Assembly: GCF_002571385.2 (NCBI RefSeq)
Contig: NW_019217796.1
Location: 1,029,434-1,093,433 of the forward strand
Length of the DNA stretch: 64,000 bases
Direction of reading: 5' to 3'
DNA from: Stylophora pistillata
Taxonomy: Eukaryota
Of this stretch, positions 52,441 through 64,000 are shown piece after piece (position 1 is the stretch's first letter; each line of letters opens with the position of its first letter). The notes beneath the pieces were generated by a model. That model had not been told where the DNA came from and made no database searches. It saw only the letters and a list, made by a program, of their open reading frames with translations. The translations under genes were made by a program, and so were the position numbers.

Positions 52441-53304
52441 GGGGAGGGAGGGGGAGGTACTATAAAAACATTGACTGCCAGTGAGAGGCATTATTATAAG
52501 ACTTCAGAGCCTTCAAGGAGGCAAACCACTGCTACAGAAAATTTTCTTCTCCTCGTTTTATAATCAGTTTAATGTGTTATTTAATAGCACACGTTTCTTT
52601 ACAAAAATATAATCTCAAATATTAAACTCATTACAACGGCGCCTTATCGCTGCTCAAATGAACCCGTGTTGAGTCCCGTGAAACTGCAATTCTTACAGTA
52701 TTATGGTATGAAGAAGTCTGTCTTGGTTCATAAAATAACTTAGATAGTACGAGCGCTTTGACTGGTCAAAAACCTATCGTTTATTGCATCGGTAAACCCG
52801 TAGAAAATAAAATATTGTTTTTAATTTATTTCCCTGAAAGCAGTAAACCACACTTTCTATCGGTTTACCAGCGCAATAACCCACTTGAGAAGTTGGGAGG
52901 AATGGAGAAAAGTTTGTAAACCACTTCCCTCTGCCTTGTGATCTACAAACTTATCAAGTGTTCTCCTCTCATCCCGCGAGGGCTTTTACGCCGGTGAACA
53001 GATCGAAAATGCTTCAATAAAAAAATGCTTAATTAGCAACAAAACGAACATTTGAGACTAAGTTAAACCAAAAGGGTGGGAATTGGATTAAAATTGATGT
53101 ATAACTACCATTTGTTATTATTCTTGTTCCAATTCATCTAATTAGGAAAGTTTAAATTGGAAAATAACAAGCCGTTAAAAAGACAGACAGGAACTGAGGT
53201 CAATCGTTTTGATACTGTTATTATTTACGTTTCATATCCGTACAAGCAACAAACTCTATTGTATTTACAAGGAAAATACGATATAAATAAACTACCAAAA
53301 CATT

Positions 53305-56300
53305 TTAATTCTCTACAGCTGTATTCGGTGAGGTTTCCTCGCCTATTGAATCAATTGTTTCCTCGTTTTCCTTGTCGTATGATTGGATTTTAGTCCTCTG
53401 TGTATGTCTACATAAAGCGTCCATAACATCATCCGCGCGATCCTCTAAATCATCGTTGTTCATACTGTTCGCCATAATCTCTCGGAGATATTTCTCGTCA
53501 TCGAATTTTGAGTTAGGAAACTCTCTTTTTAATCTTTCACGTTCCTGATGTGAGGAATATAAAGTTTCATGGACGACTCAGAAAGCGAAATAACCACTTC
53601 CTTCTAAAGTTTCCCTTTCGACAGGGGAAGCTGTGAGCGCGGAGCGAGGCTCCCAAGTTTCCAAGTCCCCCTCTCCCCACCCCCGATCAAGAGCTGTGTT
53701 TAATTGTTTTCCTTCGAGTTCAACTCTTAGATAACACTTTTGCAAGTGGGGGGGGGGTGTCTTAAAATTTGGGTTCTATCTAAAATTTATGATCAAATAT
53801 TGAAGGGACAATGTCTCGGTTAGGCAGGAACAGATATGCCCACCACTCTTGTGATTATTTTGGTACCGTCTACCATTTTCATTATCCTTTGCAAATAGCC
53901 TGCGAAACAAGCCCTGGGGGAGGGGAGGGGGGATTGGGGCGAGCGGAACATTCCGCTCCCCCCAATCCCCCTCCTTTCCCCCAGGGCTTGGTTCGCAGGC
54001 TATCTGCAAACAGAGACTAGTACCTAACACAGGAAAGGAAAAAAATTAATATTGGGTAACCGAAATCTTCCAGGAAGAAACACTGGACAAGAAGTGCTGG
54101 TTGAATAGCAGCGACTAACATTAAAAGTCGGTTATACAGAACTGCCTAGAGTCAAACACTAAACTTAGCATGAACTAAATTTTCTAATTCTAGTTTATCT
54201 AATATAAAGTACGATACACGACTCGTTTCTAATTGAAAATTAGTGGCTTTTACAAATTGTGTATTACCTGAGGTGCCTGTAAGTTGCAGAAATCTTGTAG
54301 TTGTCTTTTAAATCCGTAATTTGGGTTGGCTATAGATCGTGCACATTTAATGGCTTCAAGAGCCTCTCTCCAATCAAGCTGAGTCACAACCATGATATAC
54401 GCTGCTACAAGTGATGTTGAACGAGACACTCCCGCCATACTTGAGAAAAAAAAAAACAACAACAACAGACAAGGGATGAAAATAAACTAGGAAAAAAAAT
54501 TCAGATGAACATGCCACATGTCTGAAGAATCTACAGCTATAGTTTACGACTACAAGCAACTTGGATAGCACAACTCTTTTATGCAGTCAAACCCTCTATA
54601 CGAGACCACTCAGAAAATCAAGTCTTCAACAACAGCCCCCTCCCTACTTGGGCAACGTTTGATAATCCCGGCAGAGATAGTCTCCTTGTCAGCCCTTGTT
54701 TATGAGTGGATCAGAAATTGCCCGCCACTGTCTCAACCAATCAAATACAAAACATATACCAATCGCTTCTTGGTCACCCGTGTTTTCCCGCGCTTCAGAC
54801 GGTTTTTTTTTTTTTTTTTTTTTTTTTATTCTGAGTTCTCATTGGCTCCATGTGATATTTCCTTTCTTCTGATTGGCTGTTGTGATTACTCTGGTTGTAG
54901 TTTTACGACACTCACTCGAGAGGCGCGCACATGATCGAACGTCCCTCAAAGTCAGTTACTAACGTACCTCACTCGTTTTGTTTTGCAAACACTTTTCTTA
55001 AAAAAAAAAAAAAAATCAATATTTGGTTTCTTTCTCAATAATACGTCATCATTTATTTTGGTTTTCTAAGATTAATATATATGCTTCGAAAATCATGTTA
55101 ATAATAACAGTAATAATGATACAAAGCCATTTAAGGCTTAACATCTTAAGCTTTAAATTCTCTGTCGTTCAAGTTGCCATCTTAGATATGTTCGAATATT
55201 CATTTGACATTCTCAAAGCAACTTCCTTAGTAAATTGTATACGTTGCATTTTCATTATGGAACTGTGGAAATCATTAGTCGTCTTACCAATGAACTAAGC
55301 ATACTCCATCGTTTAACCTGAAATTAAAATTGAAATTTGTTTACAAATAATTACAACTAACAACGCAGCTCACAGATTTATAATGTACATCATATTTTTT
55401 ATTTTTACTTCAGAATTATGTATGCAAATTTGCCTGAGCTGAAGGAAAATAAAATAAAACGGGTTTAAAATCAGTTTAACCCAAATTCATTTTAATCCAA
55501 CAACAACACATCCACACACCCACTAATAAGTGATGGTGATACGTGATCCGGAGGCTATGTTGGCACTTATAATTATATTTTACAAGAAGCAGTCAGCCAG
55601 CACTACTGTTGACAGAAAAGGTTCCTATAAAAATCATTTACCTGCAGTTGTGAATAAAATCGATGCTCTCCTTGAAGTAAACTGATCTGAAAGTTTGCAA
55701 AAGATTGTGCAAGTGTTGTTATTCCAAACACTAATCTGGCAACCACCATCTATGGTTGCACTTTATTGACAATTAAGCCTAAAATGTATTTTTGCTGCAC
55801 ATCTCAGAAATAAAAGTATACGCCTTCATGATAACACCTCGTGCAATTGTAAAGAGCTCTGATGACATTATTAAATAAGCATAACTCTAAATTTAGTTCT
55901 GCAACAACTGCATATACTCAAAGTCAAGATTAACCCACGGATCATCACAATCATTCATTTGACATACATCTGTACCATTGCCTGCGCATTTAAACTTGAA
56001 TTATTTTTCATAGTATCTTTTTCCACAACCATCGCTTGAAGCAGTTTTTTTCATATATCTTATTAACCAAGCGCGAGGGTCGTACTGGGAGAATATCGGC
56101 CTGAGGTCTTGACAGTACGGACTGAGCGCAGCGAGGTCTGTACAAAAAAGACCGAGGGCCGATATTCTTCCAGTACGGTCCCGAGCAAGCTTGGTTATTA
56201 AGAGATTTATTATACGACTGAAGTTCAAAGGGACACAAGTGCGGTATCATTTGGGACCATTCGGGGCAGTGCCCGGTCCAATACTTAGAGAATATTGGAC

Positions 56301-59300
56301 CGGCAGTAGAGCATTTTGATTGGTTGATTTTAGTTATTGGCCCTCTGACAGCCCGAGTCGTGTAATAATTACAATTATTGGACGATGTAACCTACATTTC
56401 TTGATCAGGAGAATCAGCGGCGTGAAAATACTTGTAAATTAGATTCTGAAAGAGTAAAAAAAATAAGCTTAAAGTGCACCTAAACCCCAAAATGTTTTTC
56501 ACTTAACGAAACAAGCGTATTTTTTGGAGTATTTCTGTGCAAAAATTTGTTTATTTGCTCAAATCTTCAATTTTCTGTGCCCAGTCAAAATACGGAAAAT
56601 CGGCCGCCATTTTCCCCTACGACGGAGTTTAAAGAGGAATGGCCCTAGCGGATAATGTGACGTCAAATCGAGAACACGAAAGTCTGCATTTCACACATTT
56701 TCACTTGTTTGGGAAGGTTGTAGTCGATATTGTCCGAAAATATGCCGACTAAGTGTGTTGTAGAAGGATGTAGCAACGTGCCAAATTTGCAAGAGGGTAT
56801 CGTGCTTCATACATTCCTCATACAACACACCTAGTCGGCATATTTCAGACAATATCGACGACAACCTTCCCAAACAAGTGAAAATGTGTGAAATGCAGAC
56901 TTTCGTGTTCTCGATTTGACGTCACATTACCCGCTACAGCCATTCCTCTTTAAACTCGGTCGTGGGGCAAGATGACGGTCGATTTTCTGTATTTTGACTG
57001 GGCACAGAAAATTAAATATTTGAGCAAATTGAAAATTTTTTGCACAGAAATACTCTGAAAACTAAGCTTATTTCGTTAAGCAAAAAAAAAAATTGGGGGT
57101 TTAGGTGCACTTTAATCTAGGGCTCTCAAATCCATTGCGAGTCTCAATGTGTTCAACCTAGATGTATCTACAACTCTTAGGCTCTTTTAGGGAGGCTGCA
57201 TAATGCATCAAAACATGAAACTACTCTGTTGAAAACTGAGTGATATTTTAGAAACTAAAAAACTTGGTGTGCAGCCTGGAGTGAAGTTAAAAATTCCTTT
57301 CACAGGCTCTTTAGAACATCATTAAAAGTTAAATAGCCCTATGCCATTTATTTTGTTTAGGTTGGGAGGTTTTTTTTTTTTTTTTAGATTATGCTATGCA
57401 ATCCAATCTTAGATATAATCACACTATCACTTAACAGCACTCAAGCCTTGTAGAATTAACTCAAAATGCATTTGTTCGAAAAGTTAAAAACAAATGCGAG
57501 TCAGTGAAATGAATGTATATTTTTACATCAAAGTAAAATACCTCATCTTGTGCTTGTGTACTATCATGAATGGACAGAACATGCGTTATTTTATTCTTTG
57601 CTAACTGTTCCTTGTCTTTGGCATCTGAAAGAATACATTAGAATACATTACAATACAGTCAGTTGTTAGGTCCATTGGGTAATTTTGGTTTTATCAACTG
57701 ACTTGATAATGTAAATTGGCCACTGTAGAGAGTTTCAAAGCTGACATTTTGAGCGTTAGCCCTTTGGCTATATCAACTCAGTTGATAAAACCACAGTTAC
57801 CTTGTTATTCTCCTCCACCAACACAGCACCACTGCAGTTTCTTTAGTAACTTACCCCCTTTTATTTTTTAGGTCAATTGATGGCGCACTGGGGTGGTGGG
57901 TTTGAGTCCCAGACAGGACCATCATTCTGATTTCTGATAAAGAACTAAAAATAATCTGCTGTCTTTTTGTTGACATCTGCAAATGATCAAAACTCATAGA
58001 TGAAAGCAATAACCCATGAGCCCTGTCTGTAGCATCTTGACTGAAAATTAGTTGGTGGGGGATGTTAAAAAATCCATTCAAACATTTTATACAAAGAGTA
58101 AGGCACAGAGCTGCAAGTATTGTGGTTTGGCCTTGCTTCAATGGTAGGTTCTTGATATAAGATAGAGTAACATTGCATCTTGCCCTCAAGAAAAATCACC
58201 AACGACCACTGACAATAAGAAGAATTGGATGGATCATGGTGGAAGAGAGGGGGCTGGGGGGGATATGGAGCATGTAAGGTATGAGGTTGAACTGTCAAGC
58301 AGGGCTAGAAAGATTTTAAGCTAATAATATTTCAGATTTTATTAAAGTACCAACCCAGGTTTCTCTAAATAATAGCTATATAATCAAAAAGATATTTTAA
58401 GTAAACTAAATATAAAAATTAAATGATCTCTAGAGAGGGTAAACATGAAATAGCTTTTAGAGTCTGTAATTCTCTTTTCAAAATAACTGCAGTTTTTAAT
58501 AACAATGTTAGATCACAAGGACATGTATGCTGCAGGGACCATCAACAAAAAGTGTGCATACCTGAACTTATACCCAAAATTTACATCAACCCATGAAGTA
58601 GTTAGAATTCAAAATACCTATATAAGATAATGAATTAAAAAATAATTAACTAGTAAATAAAATAATTGAAGTCATACCTCTGATATTGCCTAAATAAAGT
58701 CCAGGAAGGACCTGTTTGAAACAAAATGAAGTTAACTCCTTTCATTCCCAGAAGTGATGAATATGTAACTTCTCCCTATAATATCCATACATTATCCACC
58801 AAACAGGTAGTGAGAATACTCAAACTTATCCGGTAGAATTTGTTATCTTGATCTAACACCAAATTCTCATCACTAATTTACAAGGAAATGCGTAGCAAAC
58901 AGAGAAGAGAATTTATATTAGATGTTAGGAGTTTTAGGGTTAAATTCAAAGGGGGAACTGTGCAAGTAGCCATGAAATTTTTTACAGAGCAAGTATAATG
59001 CATGAACATAAACAGTCCATGTATTATTTTCACAAGTACATATGAAAGTGAAGATTATAGGCTAGGTAAATTAGATTTACTTTTACATGTTTAAGTGCCA
59101 AACGCTTTGTGTGCGTGCGTGTGTATCTGCAAGGGGTTAAGAGTCCATTAAAGGGCTTTTGAAAAAAATTTGCGTCCCAATACCATCTAAGCATCAATAG
59201 TATGTGATTTTTTGCCAAAGTTGGCTGTATGCTACAGGATTTTCTCATGATCTTTAACAAATTCTAATCAGTCTGTCAATAGATGGTTCCCAGCTATACT

Positions 59301-61089
59301 GAACTGCAGAGGGTTGGTGGATATATGTAACTAGCTAGGTTATGTATGCAGCTACAGGTTTATGTAAAATAAACAACAAACACACACACCAAAAAATCAA
59401 GATATCAAGGTTGAGAAAAGGACAATCACATTACTTTTGGAGGGCATATAGTTTTGTCAGTTAGAAAAGCGAGTGAGTTCGGTTAAGGAGAAACTACAAA
59501 GTCAACAACACAACATGGTCAGTCCAAAAGCACATGGTTTAATGAAAAGCGGGGGGTCCGAGCCCCCCTGAAACTACCTTAGACTTCAGTCCATGACGTT
59601 ACAAAAACGACAATGAGGTTCTAATTACAATGTGTCTGAAGCCTTATCTTATAGTGTAAAAAACGTGCAAACTGTCACTTTGTCTAGCTTCAAGAATCAA
59701 GTGCTAAATCTGACTTTCTACTAGTTTGTTTACGGTACAAGTTATTAGCGATTTATTCTTGAGTCAATTAGTTTTCTAATTTGTTCAATTTCCTGGTGGG
59801 AGGGTAACCTGCTAGGTGAAGCTGACTCAGGGAAACTAGCTCACAGTCTTAAGGATACTACAAGGGACACAAATAAACTATGTGCCTGACAAAAATCATG
59901 TGATTGTTTTTATATTATCAATACACAAGGCTAAATCATACAAATTCATTGATGAAAATCAGAATCAGGGTGGCAAATGCCATTTACAGCTTGCACTTTG
60001 ATGTTTGGCCTGTGAAAAGGAGTCTTTTAGAGAGGGCAATTTGTCATTTGGCCAGATGTAGTGGTAACAGTAGGTAATAACATAATTTTTTTTATCTACA
60101 TTATTACAGTGGAGTAGACAGTAGACATCTGCATTGGATCACAAGCTGCACTTTCCATCAATATTTTGGTAAGTTGCAAAATCCACAACTGTAGTTGATA
60201 AATATATATTTCTCTCTTCGAACCATTTATTATTCGTTTTATGCTTTTAAAAAATTGTCTCCTCTCTTAATTTTCAACATTTTTTCGGCCCTGATCTTGT
60301 CTCACCACTAAGGGTATACATGTATTCTGTGTTGACTTCATTTTAAAGCAGAAAAATAAAAAGCAACTCTCGACACCAAATTCCTAATCGCGTATCTCGA
60401 ACGTTCACGTATACACCAGCGCGCCTTGCCGGCTAGCCAGCTTTCCCTAACTAGCTAGCCTCCCTTGGCGAGTTTACCTCCCCAAGCGAACTAGCCTCCC
60501 CTTGCGAGCTAACCTTCCCTACTGAGCTTGCCTCCCCATGGCTGTGAGCTAGCTTTCCTGAGTCAGCGTCACCTAGTGAGCTTGCCTCCCGCTAGCAATT
60601 TGAACAAATTGAAAGACTAATTGACTCAAGAATAAATCGGTAATCACTTGTACCAACCTCTTGCTCGTAAATGATATATTGGAGATTCATCTAAGCGACA
60701 CTAAACCCAGTCATGCAACATACATCCGTTACTTAAGACCCGATCTGCTTATTTGATGAATTTAAGTACTCAGAGCTGAAATCATGACTGTTTGCCTTAA
60801 TTAGATAACAAAAACATCACATCCAGTCTTTGAAAGACAAGTGTATCAAGGATTCTAAAATGCAATTAAATCAAACATTTTTAAACTACTTTGTTGACTA
60901 CCCAATCTATATTAGAAGCTAAGAACACAGATCCATGCAGCGATCGACAGCTTTCTGGAATAAATTCCGCAATCCATCCATACCAAAGGTTCGGAAGATG
61001 TTATCCTTCGATGTGTTGCTGCTAGACACAAGAATATTACAAAAAAGAAACTAACACAAATTTTTTACCTTGTTCATTCCATTCCCCAT
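53305..61089 (-). CDS. DUSP22: Dual-specificity phosphatase DUSP22/DUSP15-like, 224 aa, 8 exons
   Basis: Exons 61089-61069, 58711-58678, 57624-57542, 56445-56396, 55686-55642, 55317-55288, 54439-54268, 53544-53305; MGNGMNKVLPGLYLGN.., AADSP acid loop, catalytic VHCMAGVSRS, ANPNYGF..QLQ; Gly2 myristoylation-type start. Confidence 0.93.
53896..54002. mobile_element. TA-flanked GC-rich hairpin MITE
   Basis: tagcctgcgaa..caagccctggggga / tcccccagggcttggttcgcaggcta. Confidence 0.8.
56053..56368 (+). mobile_element. 316-bp double-hairpin non-autonomous element (copy 2), DUSP intron 4
   Basis: Near-identical to 41733-42048, same orientation and length. Confidence 0.88.
56473..57111. mobile_element. 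Kolobok-like fold-back MITE containing the start of a THAP-domain ORF
   Basis: TTAA flanks (56469-56472, 57112-57115); AG...CT termini; about 300-bp inverted arms; ATG at 56742 gives MPTKCVVEGCSNVPNLQEGIVLHTF. Confidence 0.85.
57677..57860. mobile_element. Penelope/retrozyme-type repeat fragment with internal inversion
   Basis: ggttttatcaact...agttgataaaacc inverted pair; minus strand aagggctaacgctcaaaatgtcagc; shares sequence with 21623-21725. Confidence 0.5.
58732..58943. mobile_element. TTAA-flanked (piggyBac-like) MITE, DUSP intron 1
   Basis: ttaactcctttcattccca ... taggagttttagggttaa. Confidence 0.6.
60430..60596. repeat. Degenerate short tandem repeat (gagctagcctcccc-type units of about 20 bp)
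   Basis: About 7-8 imperfect copies of (g/a)ctagcctcccc / cttgcctcccc. Confidence 0.6.
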
Positions 61090-61789
61090 GTTTTGACGTT
61101 AAATTGGGGTCGGAGCAACGATGCTGCTGCTTTTTTTTTTCTTTAAAAAATTACAAGTACTGTGTGGTTCACATTAGTTTGATGTGAAAGAAGCTGATTT
61201 CCGCCAGAAGTTTTGTTGACGCCAGTCCCACTCGTGCACTGTGTTACAAACAGCTAGACGCCTGACGGAAACTTGCACTTTTATACGTCCGACTTTCATA
61301 TTCCTTTTTAACTCTTCTTTTCTTTTTAGGGGAAACCAGAGTGAGAATTGACTTCAAATCCTCTCTGTCTCGTTTTTCTATTGTGCTAAAAAAAAAAAAG
61401 ATAAAAAAGAAGAAAAGAAAACCTAGCATTGATGAAATAAGAAAGATGGCTTCCTTTTTTAGTTCTTTCATCGCACGCAGAAGAAAAAAAATTGTTAATC
61501 ATCGTAAGACCCTTCCGGTTCCAGTCGCGCTATCCCATAGGAAAGCATAATAAGGCTGAGGTGTGTAAGGCCGAACGGGTTGTGCGGCTTTGTTGCAAAA
61601 AAAAAAAAAAAAGAAAAAAAAAGAAAAGAAACATTGTTCGCTGTAATGGGAAAAAATGAGATTTTCTTGTTCTGACTCGAAATAATAAAGAAAAGGTTTT
61701 TGTCCTAGAATCCGCATTTTTGTGGTTTTCCCGCACGTGCCAGTCACCCGCTACGAACTTTACGAATTTTTCAAAACTTAGTTAGTGGT

Positions 61790-62075
61790 CATATGATAAA
61801 AAATGAGTTGGGTCGGGCCGGACGGAAAAACATTTGAAAATATTCGAAACAATTGATCCTCTTGATTCTTACCGAAGCGTAATATTGTTGCTGTATAATA
61901 AATCCTTCATTGATCAAGCTTGCTCGGTTAAGATAGCTGGATATTGGCCTTGTCGTCTTTTTTTTTTTTTTGAGTTTTAAATGACCTCGAATTCGTCTCG
62001 GTCCCAAACAAAGCAAGAAAAGAACCCAGCCAATATCTAGCCATCTTGACCTCACGCTTGGTGAATAACGCATAT
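61790..62075 (-). mobile_element. Diverged relative of the 316-bp element in reverse orientation, between DUSP22 and the iGluR
   Basis: Minus-strand start atatgcgttattcaccaagcgtgagg resembles atatatcttattaaccaagcgcgagg; junction-like tataataa/atccttcattgatcaagc at about 61894. Confidence 0.6.
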
Positions 62076-62311
62076 CTACTGCACGATTCACCAGGTGGAG
62101 ATTTATCCAATAGACACTACCTTTGGAACAGCGATTTTCCTGACAATTTCAAGATCGTTTCCGTTTCAATAAGTAAGTACATATTTATCATATAGGACCC
62201 GAACGGCGCTCGCGCGCGCGGGAAACCGAAAATTATATCACTGTTTGTGACGTATATGATTAACAACCGACAATTTACACTCGAACAAGAAAAAGTAAGT
62301 TGAGTATTTAG

Positions 62312-64000
62312 ATGGCAAAACAACAACTTTTACTTCTTTTTTTCTTCTTAATGTACTCTTTGAGCGTTTTCGGCTTGAACTTCGTGAAGATTGGTGGAAT
62401 ATTCTGCAACGAAGACAACTCGAAAGAACTCTTAGCTTTTAATCTTGGAGTGGAGTACGTCAACAACGATACAACATTGCTTCCGAACACTGATCTCGTT
62501 CCTTTGATCAATGAAACTGATTGGAGTAACAGTTTTTCCAATGTGGATGCAACCTACTGGCAGATTCAGAGTGGCGCTGTTGCAATTGTCGGACCAATTA
62601 CTTCGTCTACAGTTAAAGTCACCCAGCCACTATGCGCCGGTTTTCACATTCCGCAATTAGCTCCCTATGCAACGGATCCTACTTTCGACTTCTCTCCCAA
62701 CTCATATGGATATCTGTTACGCATGAGCAGTAGTGATGCAATTGAAAATCGTGCTATGGTCGATTTTGTGTCGCATTTCAAGTGGACAAACTTAGCATTG
62801 TTAACATCCCGCAATGATTTTGGACTTAACGGTTTAGTCGTATTCAAGGATATTGCTTCCCACAAGGGATGGACGTTTCTAGCCGTGGAAAGTTTCCAAG
62901 AGTTTAGAAACGCGTCGAAGGTAAACGCCACAAAACAACTTTTACACATTAGAAGCCGAGGTGCTCGGATCGTTGTAGTAAACTGCATGGCCAGCAATCT
63001 TCGTGCAATCCTGCTGCAAGCCAGTGATCTTGGAATGATTGATGGTTGGGTATGGCTTGTCACAAATGGAGCATTTGCCTTTGATGGACTTTATGACAAT
63101 GAGCGACCCATACCGAGGTATCTTCAAGGTATTGTGGGCATCAGAAATTCGTTCGGTGCAAGTGCAGAATACGAAAAGTTTAAACGTATGTGGGAAGGAA
63201 AAGGATACGATAAAGCACCTCTTGAAAGAGATTCTACTGTGGGACACGTCTTTGACTCAGTTATGGTTCTGGCTAAAGCAATCCACAACATGTTAGAAGA
63301 TGGTCGGAATGTAACAAGCTCAAAGGGCTTAAAGTTTGGTGCAGACAAAGGCGAGGAACCCTCATTCAGCGAAATTGGAGCCACTCTTTTAGATTACATC
63401 ACAAAGGTCAACACTTCTGGTGTCATCGATCGCAAGGTGTTTGGCACTAACCGCTCTCCCTTCGAAGCGAAATTTGACATCGTCAATTTGCGCTCGTATG
63501 GTTTCGAGACAGTTGGTCGATGGGACTCAATTAACGGGCTGGCCATGGACAAGAAAAAGGAGATAATATGGTCGTCTGGCAAAACGACTGCTCCTTTGGA
63601 CACCCCTGTATCTTTGGAAAATCGAACCATAACAGTTGTCACCATTGTGGAAAAACCTTTTATCGAGCGAACTTCGTCAACAGGAAAACCCTCATTCCAA
63701 GGCTATTGCATTGACTTACTGGAAGAACTTAAAAAAGTTTTAAAATTCTCCTACGAAATAAACTTGGTGCCAGACAATAACTACGGCTCGCAGGACGCCA
63801 TTTCTAAAGAATGGAATGGAATGGTTAAGGAACTCATCGAAGGAAGAGCTGACATAGCTGTGGCTCCGTTTACAGTTAGCTCAGAGAGACAAAAAGTCAT
63901 CGATTTTACCCAGCCTTACATGGATCTAGGACTGACAGCTCTCGTTAAATCTGTCAATGACGAGGTGAAGTATTATACGTTTTTCAAACCTTTTCACCTC
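62312..64000 (+). CDS. Ionotropic glutamate receptor subunit (signal peptide, ATD, S1 lobe), intronless over 563 codons, runs off the window
   Basis: MAKQQLLLLFFFL signal; KIGGIF, VAIVGP, PQLAPYATDP (ATD); VVTIVEKPF, GYCIDLL, YGS..WNGMVKELI..ADIAVAPFTVSSERQKVIDFTQPYMDLG (S1); FFKPF pre-M1. Missing from the ORF track because it has no stop. Confidence 0.93.
   Translation, partial: MAKQQLLLLFFFLMYSLSVFGLNFVKIGGIFCNEDNSKELLAFNLGVEYVNNDTTLLPNTDLVPLINETDWSNSFSNVDATYWQIQSGAVAIVGPITSSTVKVTQPLCAGFHIPQLAPYATDPTFDFSPNSYGYLLRMSSSDAIENRAMVDFVSHFKWTNLALLTSRNDFGLNGLVVFKDIASHKGWTFLAVESFQEFRNASKVNATKQLLHIRSRGARIVVVNCMASNLRAILLQASDLGMIDGWVWLVTNGAFAFDGLYDNERPIPRYLQGIVGIRNSFGASAEYEKFKRMWEGKGYDKAPLERDSTVGHVFDSVMVLAKAIHNMLEDGRNVTSSKGLKFGADKGEEPSFSEIGATLLDYITKVNTSGVIDRKVFGTNRSPFEAKFDIVNLRSYGFETVGRWDSINGLAMDKKKEIIWSSGKTTAPLDTPVSLENRTITVVTIVEKPFIERTSSTGKPSFQGYCIDLLEELKKVLKFSYEINLVPDNNYGSQDAISKEWNGMVKELIEGRADIAVAPFTVSSERQKVIDFTQPYMDLGLTALVKSVNDEVKYYTFFKPFHL

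Noticed and set aside
62221-62231. ISRE-like GAAACCGAAA upstream of the iGluR (also about 6505)
   Set aside because: Isolated match with no companion motifs; shows such 10-mers occur by chance

Overview
Eukaryotic, AT-rich, intron-containing animal DNA with four N-gaps. The repeat families and gene content point to an anthozoan cnidarian, probably a stony coral (inference, not proven). Genes reconstructed by hand: three rhodopsin-class GPCRs (951-2069 -, 20002-22661 - with a GC-AG intron, 36476-37543 +); a decayed three-exon secreted PAN/EGF-type pseudogene (16430-18810 +); a 7-exon IRF4/8-like interferon regulatory factor with DBD and IAD (40252-49776 -) carrying one in-frame TAA in exon 4; an 8-exon DUSP22/DUSP15-like phosphatase (53305-61089 -); and the 5' part of an intronless ionotropic glutamate receptor (62312 to beyond 64000 +). 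Main points: (1) DUSP22 lies directly upstream of the IRF on the same strand, as in the human DUSP22-IRF4 locus, a candidate cnidarian-bilaterian microsynteny. (2) The IRF has ISRE, kB-like and GAS motifs upstream and a nonsense codon in a skippable symmetric exon. (3) Several non-coding repeat families carry an antisense internal copy of their own circle junction (DIRS ICR-like). (4) There are many fold-back MITE/SINE derivatives (Kolobok, Harbinger, Mutator-like, tRNA-derived). No prokaryotic features, CRISPR arrays, rRNA or intact tRNA genes were found.
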